NCBI GenBank assembly: GCA_031283725.1
Contig: JAITBG010000064.1
Coordinates: forward strand, 1-44,297
DNA length: 44,297 nucleotides
Direction: 5' to 3'
DNA from: Treponema sp.
Lineage (GTDB): Bacteria > Spirochaetota > Spirochaetia > Treponematales > Breznakiellaceae
This document shows positions 1-7,578 of the stretch, in pieces. Position numbers and translations under genes: made by a program. The notes under the pieces were generated by a model. The model was not told where the DNA came from. It saw only the letters and a program-made list of their open reading frames with translations, and did not search any database. The number at the start of each line of letters is the position of its first letter. The stretch's first letter is position 1.

Positions 1-161
1 CCGGCCCCGCAAACAAAGCTCACCCAGCCCTGAAACCCCGTCCGCGAACAAAGCTCACCCAGCGTGAAACCCCAGCCCCGCGAACAAAGCTCACCCAGCC
101 CTGAAACCCCGTCCGCGAACAAAGCTCACCCAGCGTGAAACCCCAGCCCCGCAAACAAAGC
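1..161. repeat. Tandem repeat with alternating 35-bp (A) and 36-bp (B) units, 71-bp higher-order period; truncated by window start
   Basis: AACAAAGCTCACCCAGC starts at 12, 47, 83 and 118, with a partial AACAAAGC at 154; spacings 35/36/35/36. A=aacaaagctcacccagccctgaaaccccgtccgcg, B=aacaaagctcacccagcgtgaaaccccagccccgc(g/a). Confidence 0.95.
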
Positions 162-162
162 C

Positions 163-341
163 CCCCCCCTATGGACCCTTCTAAGCGGCTCGGGAACGCA
201 CCCGAAAGCGTTATCGGGGGTGGCAGGGAAACACACCCAGGGGGGACCCCCGGGGGGTTCCCTGGGCGTGTTTCCCTGACAGGACCCCCTAACCCCTTCC
301 CGTGCGTTCCCGAAAACCAAACAAAGGGTCCATAGGGGGGG
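163..341. repeat. ~180-nt nested imperfect palindrome (MITE/REP-like element or structured RNA)
   Basis: Paired arms: 163-180 with 324-341 (18 bp perfect), 190-201 with 302-313 (12 bp perfect), 224-242 with 260-278 (18/19), plus a G/C-rich apical stem. Confidence 0.85.
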
Positions 342-350
342 CCGGGGAGA

Positions 351-379
351 TAGATTGATTTTTTGTATTTTGTTATACT
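351..379 (+). promoter_or_regulatory. Possible extended -10 sigma70 promoter for the chemosensory operon
   Basis: TGtTATACT at 371-379 in an AT-rich patch, upstream of GAGG and ATG 398; -35 is weak. Confidence 0.4.
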
Positions 380-397
380 TAATACCGAGGTGGGGAT

Positions 398-865
398 ATG
401 CCGGACGAAAATGAAGGATCGGAAGTATTTAACGGGGAAAAATACCTGATATTTACGATTTTGGGGAAATTCTATACTTTCCCTTCCCGGATAATCAGCG
501 AAGTTACCGCTTTTGATACGGTCTACCCCCTGCCGCTGGTGCCGGAATATGTAATGGGAATCATAAACCGCTATTCCGCGCCTTATGCCCTGGTCGATAT
601 AGGTCTTTTAATACAAAAAACCCCCACCCCCCAGTCTAAGGTTGTGGTCCTAAAGGAGACGGTAGAAAAGATAGCCTTCCTTATTGACGATGTGGTGGAC
701 ATTGTCGATGTGGGTCACTCCGATTTATTAAAAGTCGAACAGGGAGTCGAGGTAAACGACTCCACGGATATCATCGAAGCTTCCTTTGGGTGGCATGATA
801 CTAATGTATTCGTTCTTAATATCCGGCAGATTATCAGCCGGGTGGTAAGCGAATTCAGGGTTTAG
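398..865 (+). CDS. cheW: Chemotaxis coupling protein CheW
   Basis: YLIF...YPLPLVPEYVMGIINRY...IAFLIDDVVDIV CheW pattern; first gene of the che cluster. Confidence 0.85.
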   Translation: MPDENEGSEVFNGEKYLIFTILGKFYTFPSRIISEVTAFDTVYPLPLVPEYVMGIINRYSAPYALVDIGLLIQKTPTPQSKVVVLKETVEKIAFLIDDVVDIVDVGHSDLLKVEQGVEVNDSTDIIEASFGWHDTNVFVLNIRQIISRVVSEFRV

Positions 866-875
866 GGGCCGGCGC

Positions 876-1379
876 ATGAGGTTCTTTTTATGTGCGTTTG
901 GAGCTTTTTCCCTGGGAGTCCCGGTATATGCCGTTTCTTCGCTCATAACCGTGCCCTGGGAAGTGGAACAGATGATTGACCGGGACCGGGATGAAAACAC
1001 CTACTTTTCGATCCCCCATTTCTTCCGGAGCCGGGATCATCAGTCCTGGCATCAAGAGATACGGCATGGCCTTATACTTAAGCCGCTGGTTCAGGAGGTT
1101 CCCCTCATCGGCGGCGGGAACGGTGACAATTTCGGCCTTTCCATAGAAGCGGTTATGGAGAAAAACGGCTTTGCGGATAGGCGGAACGTATTACTGGTAA
1201 CGACGGTAGAAAAGGAAATGGATTTTCCCCGGGCGGAGATACAGCCCCTGCCCTCCGTACTCTCGTTGGGGAATAGGGTCTCTTTCTTTTCGGGAGTCAA
1301 CTTTAGCGGTCCTTTGATGAATATTTTTCTGGATCCGGCCGTACTTGTTCAGCGGATGCTTTCGGCCGAGAAAGGGTAG
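876..1379 (+). CDS. Divergent CheW-like protein
   Basis: N-terminal FLCAFGAFSLGVPVYAVSSL and C-terminal EIQPLPSVL...FFSGV...IFLDPAVLV fit a degenerate CheW fold; operon context. Confidence 0.55.
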   Translation: MRFFLCAFGAFSLGVPVYAVSSLITVPWEVEQMIDRDRDENTYFSIPHFFRSRDHQSWHQEIRHGLILKPLVQEVPLIGGGNGDNFGLSIEAVMEKNGFADRRNVLLVTTVEKEMDFPRAEIQPLPSVLSLGNRVSFFSGVNFSGPLMNIFLDPAVLVQRMLSAEKG

Positions 1380-1380
1380 G

Positions 1381-2394
1381 GTGAGGCCGGTGATAAGAAC
1401 GCTGATAGTGGATGATAGCAGTGTGGTACGTTCGATTCTCAGGGATTTCCTGGAAAGCGATGGTGAATTCACCGTGGTCGGAGAAGCGAAGGACGGCAGG
1501 GAAGGGCTTGAAAAAGCCCGGATGCTTAACCCGGATCTTATCACCATGGATATTGAGATGCCCGACGGCCTTGAGGCGACGCAGGAAATCAGAAAGATAC
1601 TGCCCTCCCCGGTTGTGGCGATCAGCACCCACAATACGGCAAAGATGGCCTACGAGACCACGGTGAAGGGGGCCATGGAATTTTACTCCAAGGATAATTT
1701 TACCGCTAAAATGAATCCGCTCAAGCGGTTTCAGATCCTCGAAGCCCTTAAACAGATTGCGGGAACCAGAAACCGCCGTCCCATGGCTGCGGAGCTCTCC
1801 GGGTACGAGGGGAGAAAAACCGTGGGAAACCGGACGATCCTTGCCGTAGTTATCGCGTCATCCACCGGCGGGCCAAAGGCTCTTACCCGGCTGTGCTCCG
1901 CCATTCCCGGGGAATTCCCGGTACCCCTCATTTTGGTTCAGCATAATACATCGGGTTTTGACCGGGGATTCGTTCAGTGGCTTAACGATTATACCCCCCT
2001 GGAAGTAAAGATCGCCGAAGCGGGAGAATTTCCCCACAGCGGGAAATTATACGTGGCCCCCACGGATAAGCATCTTATCCTGGATGCCAAAGGATTTACT
2101 CTTGATGACGGAGAATTGGTAAACAACCAGAAACCCGCGGCGGATCTGCTTTTTAAGAGCGCCGCCGCTTTGTTTGGTCAGAGTCTTATTTCGGTGGTGC
2201 TTACCGGGATGGGCGCTGACGGCGCCGAAGGAACCCGGTTTGTCAGGAACGCCGGCGGCATTACCATTGCCCAGGATGAGAGCACATCACTGATATACGG
2301 TATGCCAAAAGCAGCCTTTGGCACCGGTTGCGTGGATATGGTCCTTCCTCTGGACTGTATAGCCCATCGCCTTGTCGAATTAACCAAAGTATGA
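1381..2394 (+). CDS. cheB: Chemotaxis methylesterase CheB (REC + methylesterase)
   Basis: LIVDDS...MDIEMP receiver; ASSTGGP, VQH and LTGMGADGA catalytic S/H/D motifs. Start moved to GTG 1381 (1390 also possible). Confidence 0.93.
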   Translation: MRPVIRTLIVDDSSVVRSILRDFLESDGEFTVVGEAKDGREGLEKARMLNPDLITMDIEMPDGLEATQEIRKILPSPVVAISTHNTAKMAYETTVKGAMEFYSKDNFTAKMNPLKRFQILEALKQIAGTRNRRPMAAELSGYEGRKTVGNRTILAVVIASSTGGPKALTRLCSAIPGEFPVPLILVQHNTSGFDRGFVQWLNDYTPLEVKIAEAGEFPHSGKLYVAPTDKHLILDAKGFTLDDGELVNNQKPAADLLFKSAAALFGQSLISVVLTGMGADGAEGTRFVRNAGGITIAQDESTSLIYGMPKAAFGTGCVDMVLPLDCIAHRLVELTKV

Positions 2395-3947
2395 GCGACA
2401 ACGTATTGGACCAACTGTCCTCTTGGGCGGAAAAAGCCCTGGGGATAAAAGCGGGGGAGGATGCTTTGGAAAAACTCCGGGCTTATCTGGAAGAAAATCT
2501 AAACCCTGCTGCATCTAACCTTTCCGGCACTTTTGAGCTGCTCCTTTCCTCCCCCGAAGAACGGTTCAATATTGCCCGTTTTCTTACAATTAATGAAACC
2601 TACTTTTTCCGGGAAGAACCTCATTTTGATCTTTTGCTCAAGAAATTGCTGCCGCAGTTTGCCCGTAGAAAAAAAACTTTGCGGGTCTGTTCCGCGGCTA
2701 CATCCATAGGCTGCGAGGCCTACAGTCTTGCTATGCTGATGGACTATTACAGCAGGACCGTAGAAAAACTGGAGTTTCAAATCGAAGCCTTTGATGTGAA
2801 CCGGGAGGTAATAGAAATTGCCAGGCAAGGACGGTATTCGGAAAATGCGTTTAGGAATGACGGAAACCGCTGGAGATATATCCTGGACCAGTACCTTACG
2901 CCGGATGGCGGGGATTATATAGTCGACAAGAGCCTGAAGGAGCGGATACATTTTTTCCCCCATAACATTATGGACGGTATGGAGCCCCTTTCCTTTGATC
3001 TTATTCTGTTCAGAAACGCCCTGATCTATTTTTCTCCCGAAGGCCGCCGGAGGATACTTGATTCCCTGGTGAAAGCCCTTACCGAAGGGGGAGTCCTGCT
3101 CTTTGGCATATCGGAAACCCCGTCGGTGAGCCATCCTTTTCTAGAGAATAAACGTACTTTGGATACATTTTATTTTCAAAAAACATCCGCCGTCACGGAC
3201 CTGGAGGGTGTAGATATTCTTATGGAAATTCCCTGGGAATCCCGGCGGAGCTCGGATCGGAGAACCGCTGCCCGGAGGGTCGCGGATCGGAGGGATTGTG
3301 AGCTATATCGGCGGATTACGGACCGAATGCCCGGTATCCTCGACCGGAGATCCCAAGCCGGAGACCGCCGCGCCGAATCGCCGCCCAGGGTGTCCGGCGC
3401 GGTATTTCCCCAGTCAGCGAAAGTATCCCCTCTGTTACCGGTACTTGCCGGGGATGCAAATCATACCGGAGACGCAAAAAACATCTCAACCCTCCTTGAG
3501 CAGGGTGAAACCATGACGAAGCGGGTTCTTGAAGCCATTAAGAAGGGAAAAGCGGCGCCTCAGGAGGACGAGCTCATTGCGGCGGTCATCTGCCTTCTCA
3601 GCCTGGAGGATTTTGCCGGGGCAGAAACGGTCCTTTCCTTTGCCGAGAAAAAACAGGTATCGGTCTTTACTAAGTTCCTTCGGGGGGAATATAATTACCT
3701 TTCAAATAAAACCGCTCTGGCGGAGACATACTACAAAGAAACTACCGCTTCGGATAACGCTTTTTGGCCCGGTTTTTATAGAATGAGCCTTTTGGCGGCG
3801 GAAGGGAACCGTACTGCTTATGAGTATAAGATAAAAAAGGCCCTGGAAAGCATAGATTTGGGTAAGGAACTTTCTTATGAATGTTTCATTGGGGGGTTTT
3901 CGCCGGATTACTATCGGCGCATCCTCAAAAAGCGCCTAAACGATTGA
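2391..3947 (+). CDS. cheR: CheR methyltransferase with DRR-repeat linker and C-terminal TPR-like region
   Basis: LTINETYFFRE, SAATSIGCEAYSLAM, FDLILFRNALIYF. ATG 2391 overlaps the cheB stop (ATGA). ~250-aa C-terminal extension. Confidence 0.9.
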   Translation: MSDNVLDQLSSWAEKALGIKAGEDALEKLRAYLEENLNPAASNLSGTFELLLSSPEERFNIARFLTINETYFFREEPHFDLLLKKLLPQFARRKKTLRVCSAATSIGCEAYSLAMLMDYYSRTVEKLEFQIEAFDVNREVIEIARQGRYSENAFRNDGNRWRYILDQYLTPDGGDYIVDKSLKERIHFFPHNIMDGMEPLSFDLILFRNALIYFSPEGRRRILDSLVKALTEGGVLLFGISETPSVSHPFLENKRTLDTFYFQKTSAVTDLEGVDILMEIPWESRRSSDRRTAARRVADRRDCELYRRITDRMPGILDRRSQAGDRRAESPPRVSGAVFPQSAKVSPLLPVLAGDANHTGDAKNISTLLEQGETMTKRVLEAIKKGKAAPQEDELIAAVICLLSLEDFAGAETVLSFAEKKQVSVFTKFLRGEYNYLSNKTALAETYYKETTASDNAFWPGFYRMSLLAAEGNRTAYEYKIKKALESIDLGKELSYECFIGGFSPDYYRRILKKRLND

Positions 3948-3959
3948 TAAGGAGCGGAT

Positions 3960-6068
3960 ATGATCTATAAAAACTTGAAGATTACCACTAAGCTGGTTTT
4001 TTCAAGCACCGTATTTATTCTGCCCATCGCATTGATGTTGTTTCTTATAATTTCTAACGCTGATTTGTCCATAGGAAAAGGCAGCAACGAGCGGATGGGA
4101 ATTGGATGCCTGCGTCCTATTGCCGGTCTGCTGAGGATGGTGCCCATGCACCTCAGGGCAGTATTGGAACAGAATCCAGCCGGCGGGGATGCCGGCCGTC
4201 TTGATCAGGAGATCGCCCTTTTACTTGGCGAGTTAATTACAAATCTTGGAGAAACCGGGGATAAGCCAAAATTAGGAAATGTTTCCGGCCGGCGCTATGT
4301 TTCCGGGTTGGATCTTGAAAACAGTTGGAACCAGATGCGGGAAATTCGGGGCGATCAGAGTGTCGCCCTCGCAAGATACAATGCCTTCACCCGGGACCTG
4401 TGGGATCTGCTTGCCTACATTGGCGATGCTTCCAATCTTGTGGGGGATCCGGAATTGGAAAGTTATTATTTTATCCAACTCAGCCTTGATGTCCTTCCCC
4501 GAATCCAGGAACGGCTCATTCAGATAAGTAACCTGGTGCATATATCCCATACCCGGGGAACGATATCCCGGGAAGATCGTCAACAATTACAAGCCTATAT
4601 AACCCTCTTCAGCCTGTCCGATACCCCCCGTCTGCGATCCTCCTTTAATGCGGGACTGGCGCAGATTGAAAATCGTCCCGGCCAGGACCCTCTTCCCTAT
4701 GAGGAACTCGTTTTAAGGGGTGATACCTACACCGCTTCCGCGGAAAGATTTATCGGAATTCTTGAACTGTTCCTTGCCGGGGAAGAGCCGAAGGTTTTAG
4801 AGACCCCGGAAGGTTCCGAAGCTTTGGAAATACCGGAAAATACCGGCATAACTTCCACGGAGCTTTACTATGCCGAAGTACTAACCGCCGCGGTCCAGGC
4901 CTCTACCGCTACGTATCGTGTGTGGCTTGGGGCCCTGGATCAGCTTGATGTTCTCCTGCAGCAAAGGATCAGCGGATACCGGGATTCATTATACAAGTCC
5001 CTTATATTCGCGGTCCTCACTGCCCTTATCGCTTTTATCATTGTGATTTTCAGTTCCGCTGCTATAACCAGATCTACCAGAAGCCTGAAACAGCTCTTTA
5101 AGAGTTTGGATAATAACGATCTTTCCCTGGAGCTGACGGTTCATTCTCAGGACGAATTCGGAGAACTGACGGCCGCCTTTAATCGTTTCCTCAGTAAATT
5201 GCGAAACGCTTTTGTTTCCTTTAACCGGGATGCTTCCCGGGTTTCAACTTCGGTATATGATCTTTCCGCGGCCGCCAAGGAGCTTACCACCACCGCCAAT
5301 GAACAGTCCGCCAGTGTTTCTGAAATTGTCAGTACCATGGAAGACAATAAAAATATGTCCGGCCAGGTGGCGGGAAAAACCGCGGAGGTGGCGGACCTCG
5401 CTGTGAAGACCCGGGAGTTAAGTAGGCGGGGGACAGAATTACGGGATGCCAATCAGGATATGATGCAGGATATCCGGGACCAGAATGATAAAATTATCGA
5501 AGAGATAAAAAACCTTGCGGACATGCTCAGCCGGATCAGCGAGGTTATCGGTATCATCGACGGCATTGCGGATCAAACTAAGCTCATTGCCTTTAACGCA
5601 TCTCTGGAAGCTTCGTCTTCAGGTGAAGCGGGAGCCCGGTTCGCCGTGGTTGCCAGCGAAATACGGCGTTTTGCCGATAATGTGGTGGATTCCACCACAG
5701 AGATAAAGCAGAAGATCGAAGAAGTGCAGGCTGCCTCCAAAACTTTGATTATGGAAGCTAATAACGGTTCAATTCAGATCGATGAAGGCTACGATAGGAT
5801 GGTTGAACAGAAAGAGGTATTTGAAAATATTGTGGTTAATTCTGAGAATGTGGCCATCCGTTCCCAGCAAATTTCTGATCTGAGTAAACAACAGGAATAT
5901 GCTTCCTTGCAAATATTCGCCACCCTGCAGGAAATATCCGCCGGGGTCAAACAATTTGTGGTTGCCACCGCTTCTGCATCAAAAATAGCGGATAATCTTA
6001 ATGTCATGTCCCAGGATCTTCGTGAAACCGTGGGGCTGTACCGTACCAATACAGGAGATTCAAAATGA
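3960..6068 (+). CDS. Methyl-accepting chemoreceptor (TM - large periplasmic domain - TM - HAMP - MA)
   Basis: Two hydrophobic segments, HAMP (DEFGELTAAFN), hairpin tip IADQTKLIAFNASLEASSSGEAGARFAVVASEIRRFA. Confidence 0.93.
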   Translation: MIYKNLKITTKLVFSSTVFILPIALMLFLIISNADLSIGKGSNERMGIGCLRPIAGLLRMVPMHLRAVLEQNPAGGDAGRLDQEIALLLGELITNLGETGDKPKLGNVSGRRYVSGLDLENSWNQMREIRGDQSVALARYNAFTRDLWDLLAYIGDASNLVGDPELESYYFIQLSLDVLPRIQERLIQISNLVHISHTRGTISREDRQQLQAYITLFSLSDTPRLRSSFNAGLAQIENRPGQDPLPYEELVLRGDTYTASAERFIGILELFLAGEEPKVLETPEGSEALEIPENTGITSTELYYAEVLTAAVQASTATYRVWLGALDQLDVLLQQRISGYRDSLYKSLIFAVLTALIAFIIVIFSSAAITRSTRSLKQLFKSLDNNDLSLELTVHSQDEFGELTAAFNRFLSKLRNAFVSFNRDASRVSTSVYDLSAAAKELTTTANEQSASVSEIVSTMEDNKNMSGQVAGKTAEVADLAVKTRELSRRGTELRDANQDMMQDIRDQNDKIIEEIKNLADMLSRISEVIGIIDGIADQTKLIAFNASLEASSSGEAGARFAVVASEIRRFADNVVDSTTEIKQKIEEVQAASKTLIMEANNGSIQIDEGYDRMVEQKEVFENIVVNSENVAIRSQQISDLSKQQEYASLQIFATLQEISAGVKQFVVATASASKIADNLNVMSQDLRETVGLYRTNTGDSK

Positions 6069-7570
6069 CAAATATGGAAGAACGTATCAGCAGGGATGAA
6101 CGGGACGGAGAGGTTATTATTAATTACTTTCGTTTTTCTCTGGCAATGATCTATATGATTGGGCTGGGGGTAATTTCCCTGGTCAGAAAAATGGAAGGGT
6201 TTGATTATATCCCCTGGCGGGCTCATATAGGAACATCGGTGTTTGTGGCCTATTCCATAGTACTTTTTTTCTATCTGCGAAAAAAAGAATTGTTATCCTC
6301 AAAATTTAAATTTGTCTGTGTCATCCTTGATATGATCATTGTATCCGCAGGTATTTTTGTTACCGCAACTTACCCGGAGAATTGTCTCCCCATATCTTTC
6401 CTTTCCATTCAGGCGCTTATCCTGATGATACTTATTGTCCTGGGCGCCTTCCGTTATAACATACCCTGTGCCATATTTTCCGGTATCTGGGCATCCATAA
6501 CCTACGGCTTTGTGATCTTCTTTCACCGTAATGTTATTGATATTCCTTATATAGCTCTGTACAACGGCGAGGCCCTTCAGGTAGCTTTTCCCCTCTATAA
6601 CGAAGCTTTCAGGCTCATAGGATTTACCCTTGTGGGGATTGTTACCGGCATGGCCTGCAGGAGGCACCTTGCGCTCTTTAATAATATGATAAAATCCGAA
6701 TCCGCCGCCGCCGCCGTCGCCGCCCACACGGTTACCCAGACCAAGGACATCGCTGGGGCTATACAGAAATCCACAGATGAAATATTTTTCTCTTCCAAGG
6801 ATATTTACACCACCGCCAACAACCAGGCTGCCAGTGTGCAGGAGATTGAAAGTACCATCAATGAGAATACCCAGATTGCAACGTATATTGCGGAAATGAC
6901 CGGCAGCGTCGCTACCATCGCTACAAAAATGGAAGAGGATGTTATACAGGGTTTTTCAGTTCTTGAAAACAATGTGAACAAGATGGGAGATATTAAGGAA
7001 AAAAACGACGGAATAATTTCCGGGATCATAAACCTGGGGAACAAAATTGCTAAAATACGGGATATAGTCAGAACCATCAATACCATAACTGACCAGACTA
7101 AGGTAATAGCTTTTAACGCCGCCCTGGAAGCGGCAAGCGCCGGGGATAAGGGGAAACGGTTCGCCGTGGTTGCCAGCGAGGTAAACCGCCTCGCGGACGA
7201 TATTGCCGCCCTCACCAAACAGATCCGGGACCAGGTGGAGGAAATACAGGATTCCTCCTCATCCCTAATAGTTTCCAGCGAGGAGGGAGCGGATAAGATC
7301 AGCGAAGGGCTCAAGTTGATTAAGGACCTTGAGGATGTTTTTAAGGAAATACGATCCGGAGCGGAGATGACATCCGCACAGGCTCAGACCATTACCGTAT
7401 CGACCCAGAAGCAGCAAAAATCTTCGGAGCAAATCAATATAGCCATTTCGGATATTTCAAAGGGGTTGAATAATTTTATTCACTCAACCGAGGTGGCTAC
7501 ATCTTCTGCGGAAGGACTTACGGAGATGATCCGGGAACTGGAGTCTATCCTTGAGACTAAAAACAATTAA
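6065..7570 (+). CDS. Methyl-accepting chemoreceptor with multi-TM integral membrane sensor, no obvious HAMP
   Basis: About 6 hydrophobic helices in the first 200 aa; ITDQTKVIAFNAALEAASAGDKGKRFAVVASEVNRLA signalling tip. Confidence 0.9.
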   Translation: MTNMEERISRDERDGEVIINYFRFSLAMIYMIGLGVISLVRKMEGFDYIPWRAHIGTSVFVAYSIVLFFYLRKKELLSSKFKFVCVILDMIIVSAGIFVTATYPENCLPISFLSIQALILMILIVLGAFRYNIPCAIFSGIWASITYGFVIFFHRNVIDIPYIALYNGEALQVAFPLYNEAFRLIGFTLVGIVTGMACRRHLALFNNMIKSESAAAAVAAHTVTQTKDIAGAIQKSTDEIFFSSKDIYTTANNQAASVQEIESTINENTQIATYIAEMTGSVATIATKMEEDVIQGFSVLENNVNKMGDIKEKNDGIISGIINLGNKIAKIRDIVRTINTITDQTKVIAFNAALEAASAGDKGKRFAVVASEVNRLADDIAALTKQIRDQVEEIQDSSSSLIVSSEEGADKISEGLKLIKDLEDVFKEIRSGAEMTSAQAQTITVSTQKQQKSSEQINIAISDISKGLNNFIHSTEVATSSAEGLTEMIRELESILETKNN

Positions 7571-7578
7571 GGCGTTTT

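Noticed and set aside
1-161. CRISPR array (35-36 bp period, TGAAAC motif)
   Set aside because: No unique spacers; the sequence between cores itself repeats (A-B-A-B), and no cas genes are in the window.
126-335. Short ORFs 126..320 (-) and 135..335 (+)
   Set aside because: Pro/Gly-rich translations of the repeat and palindrome; no protein-like features.
2317-2332. Sigma54 -24/-12 promoter (TGGCAC...TTGC)
   Set aside because: Spacing is 2 bp too short and it lies inside cheB.
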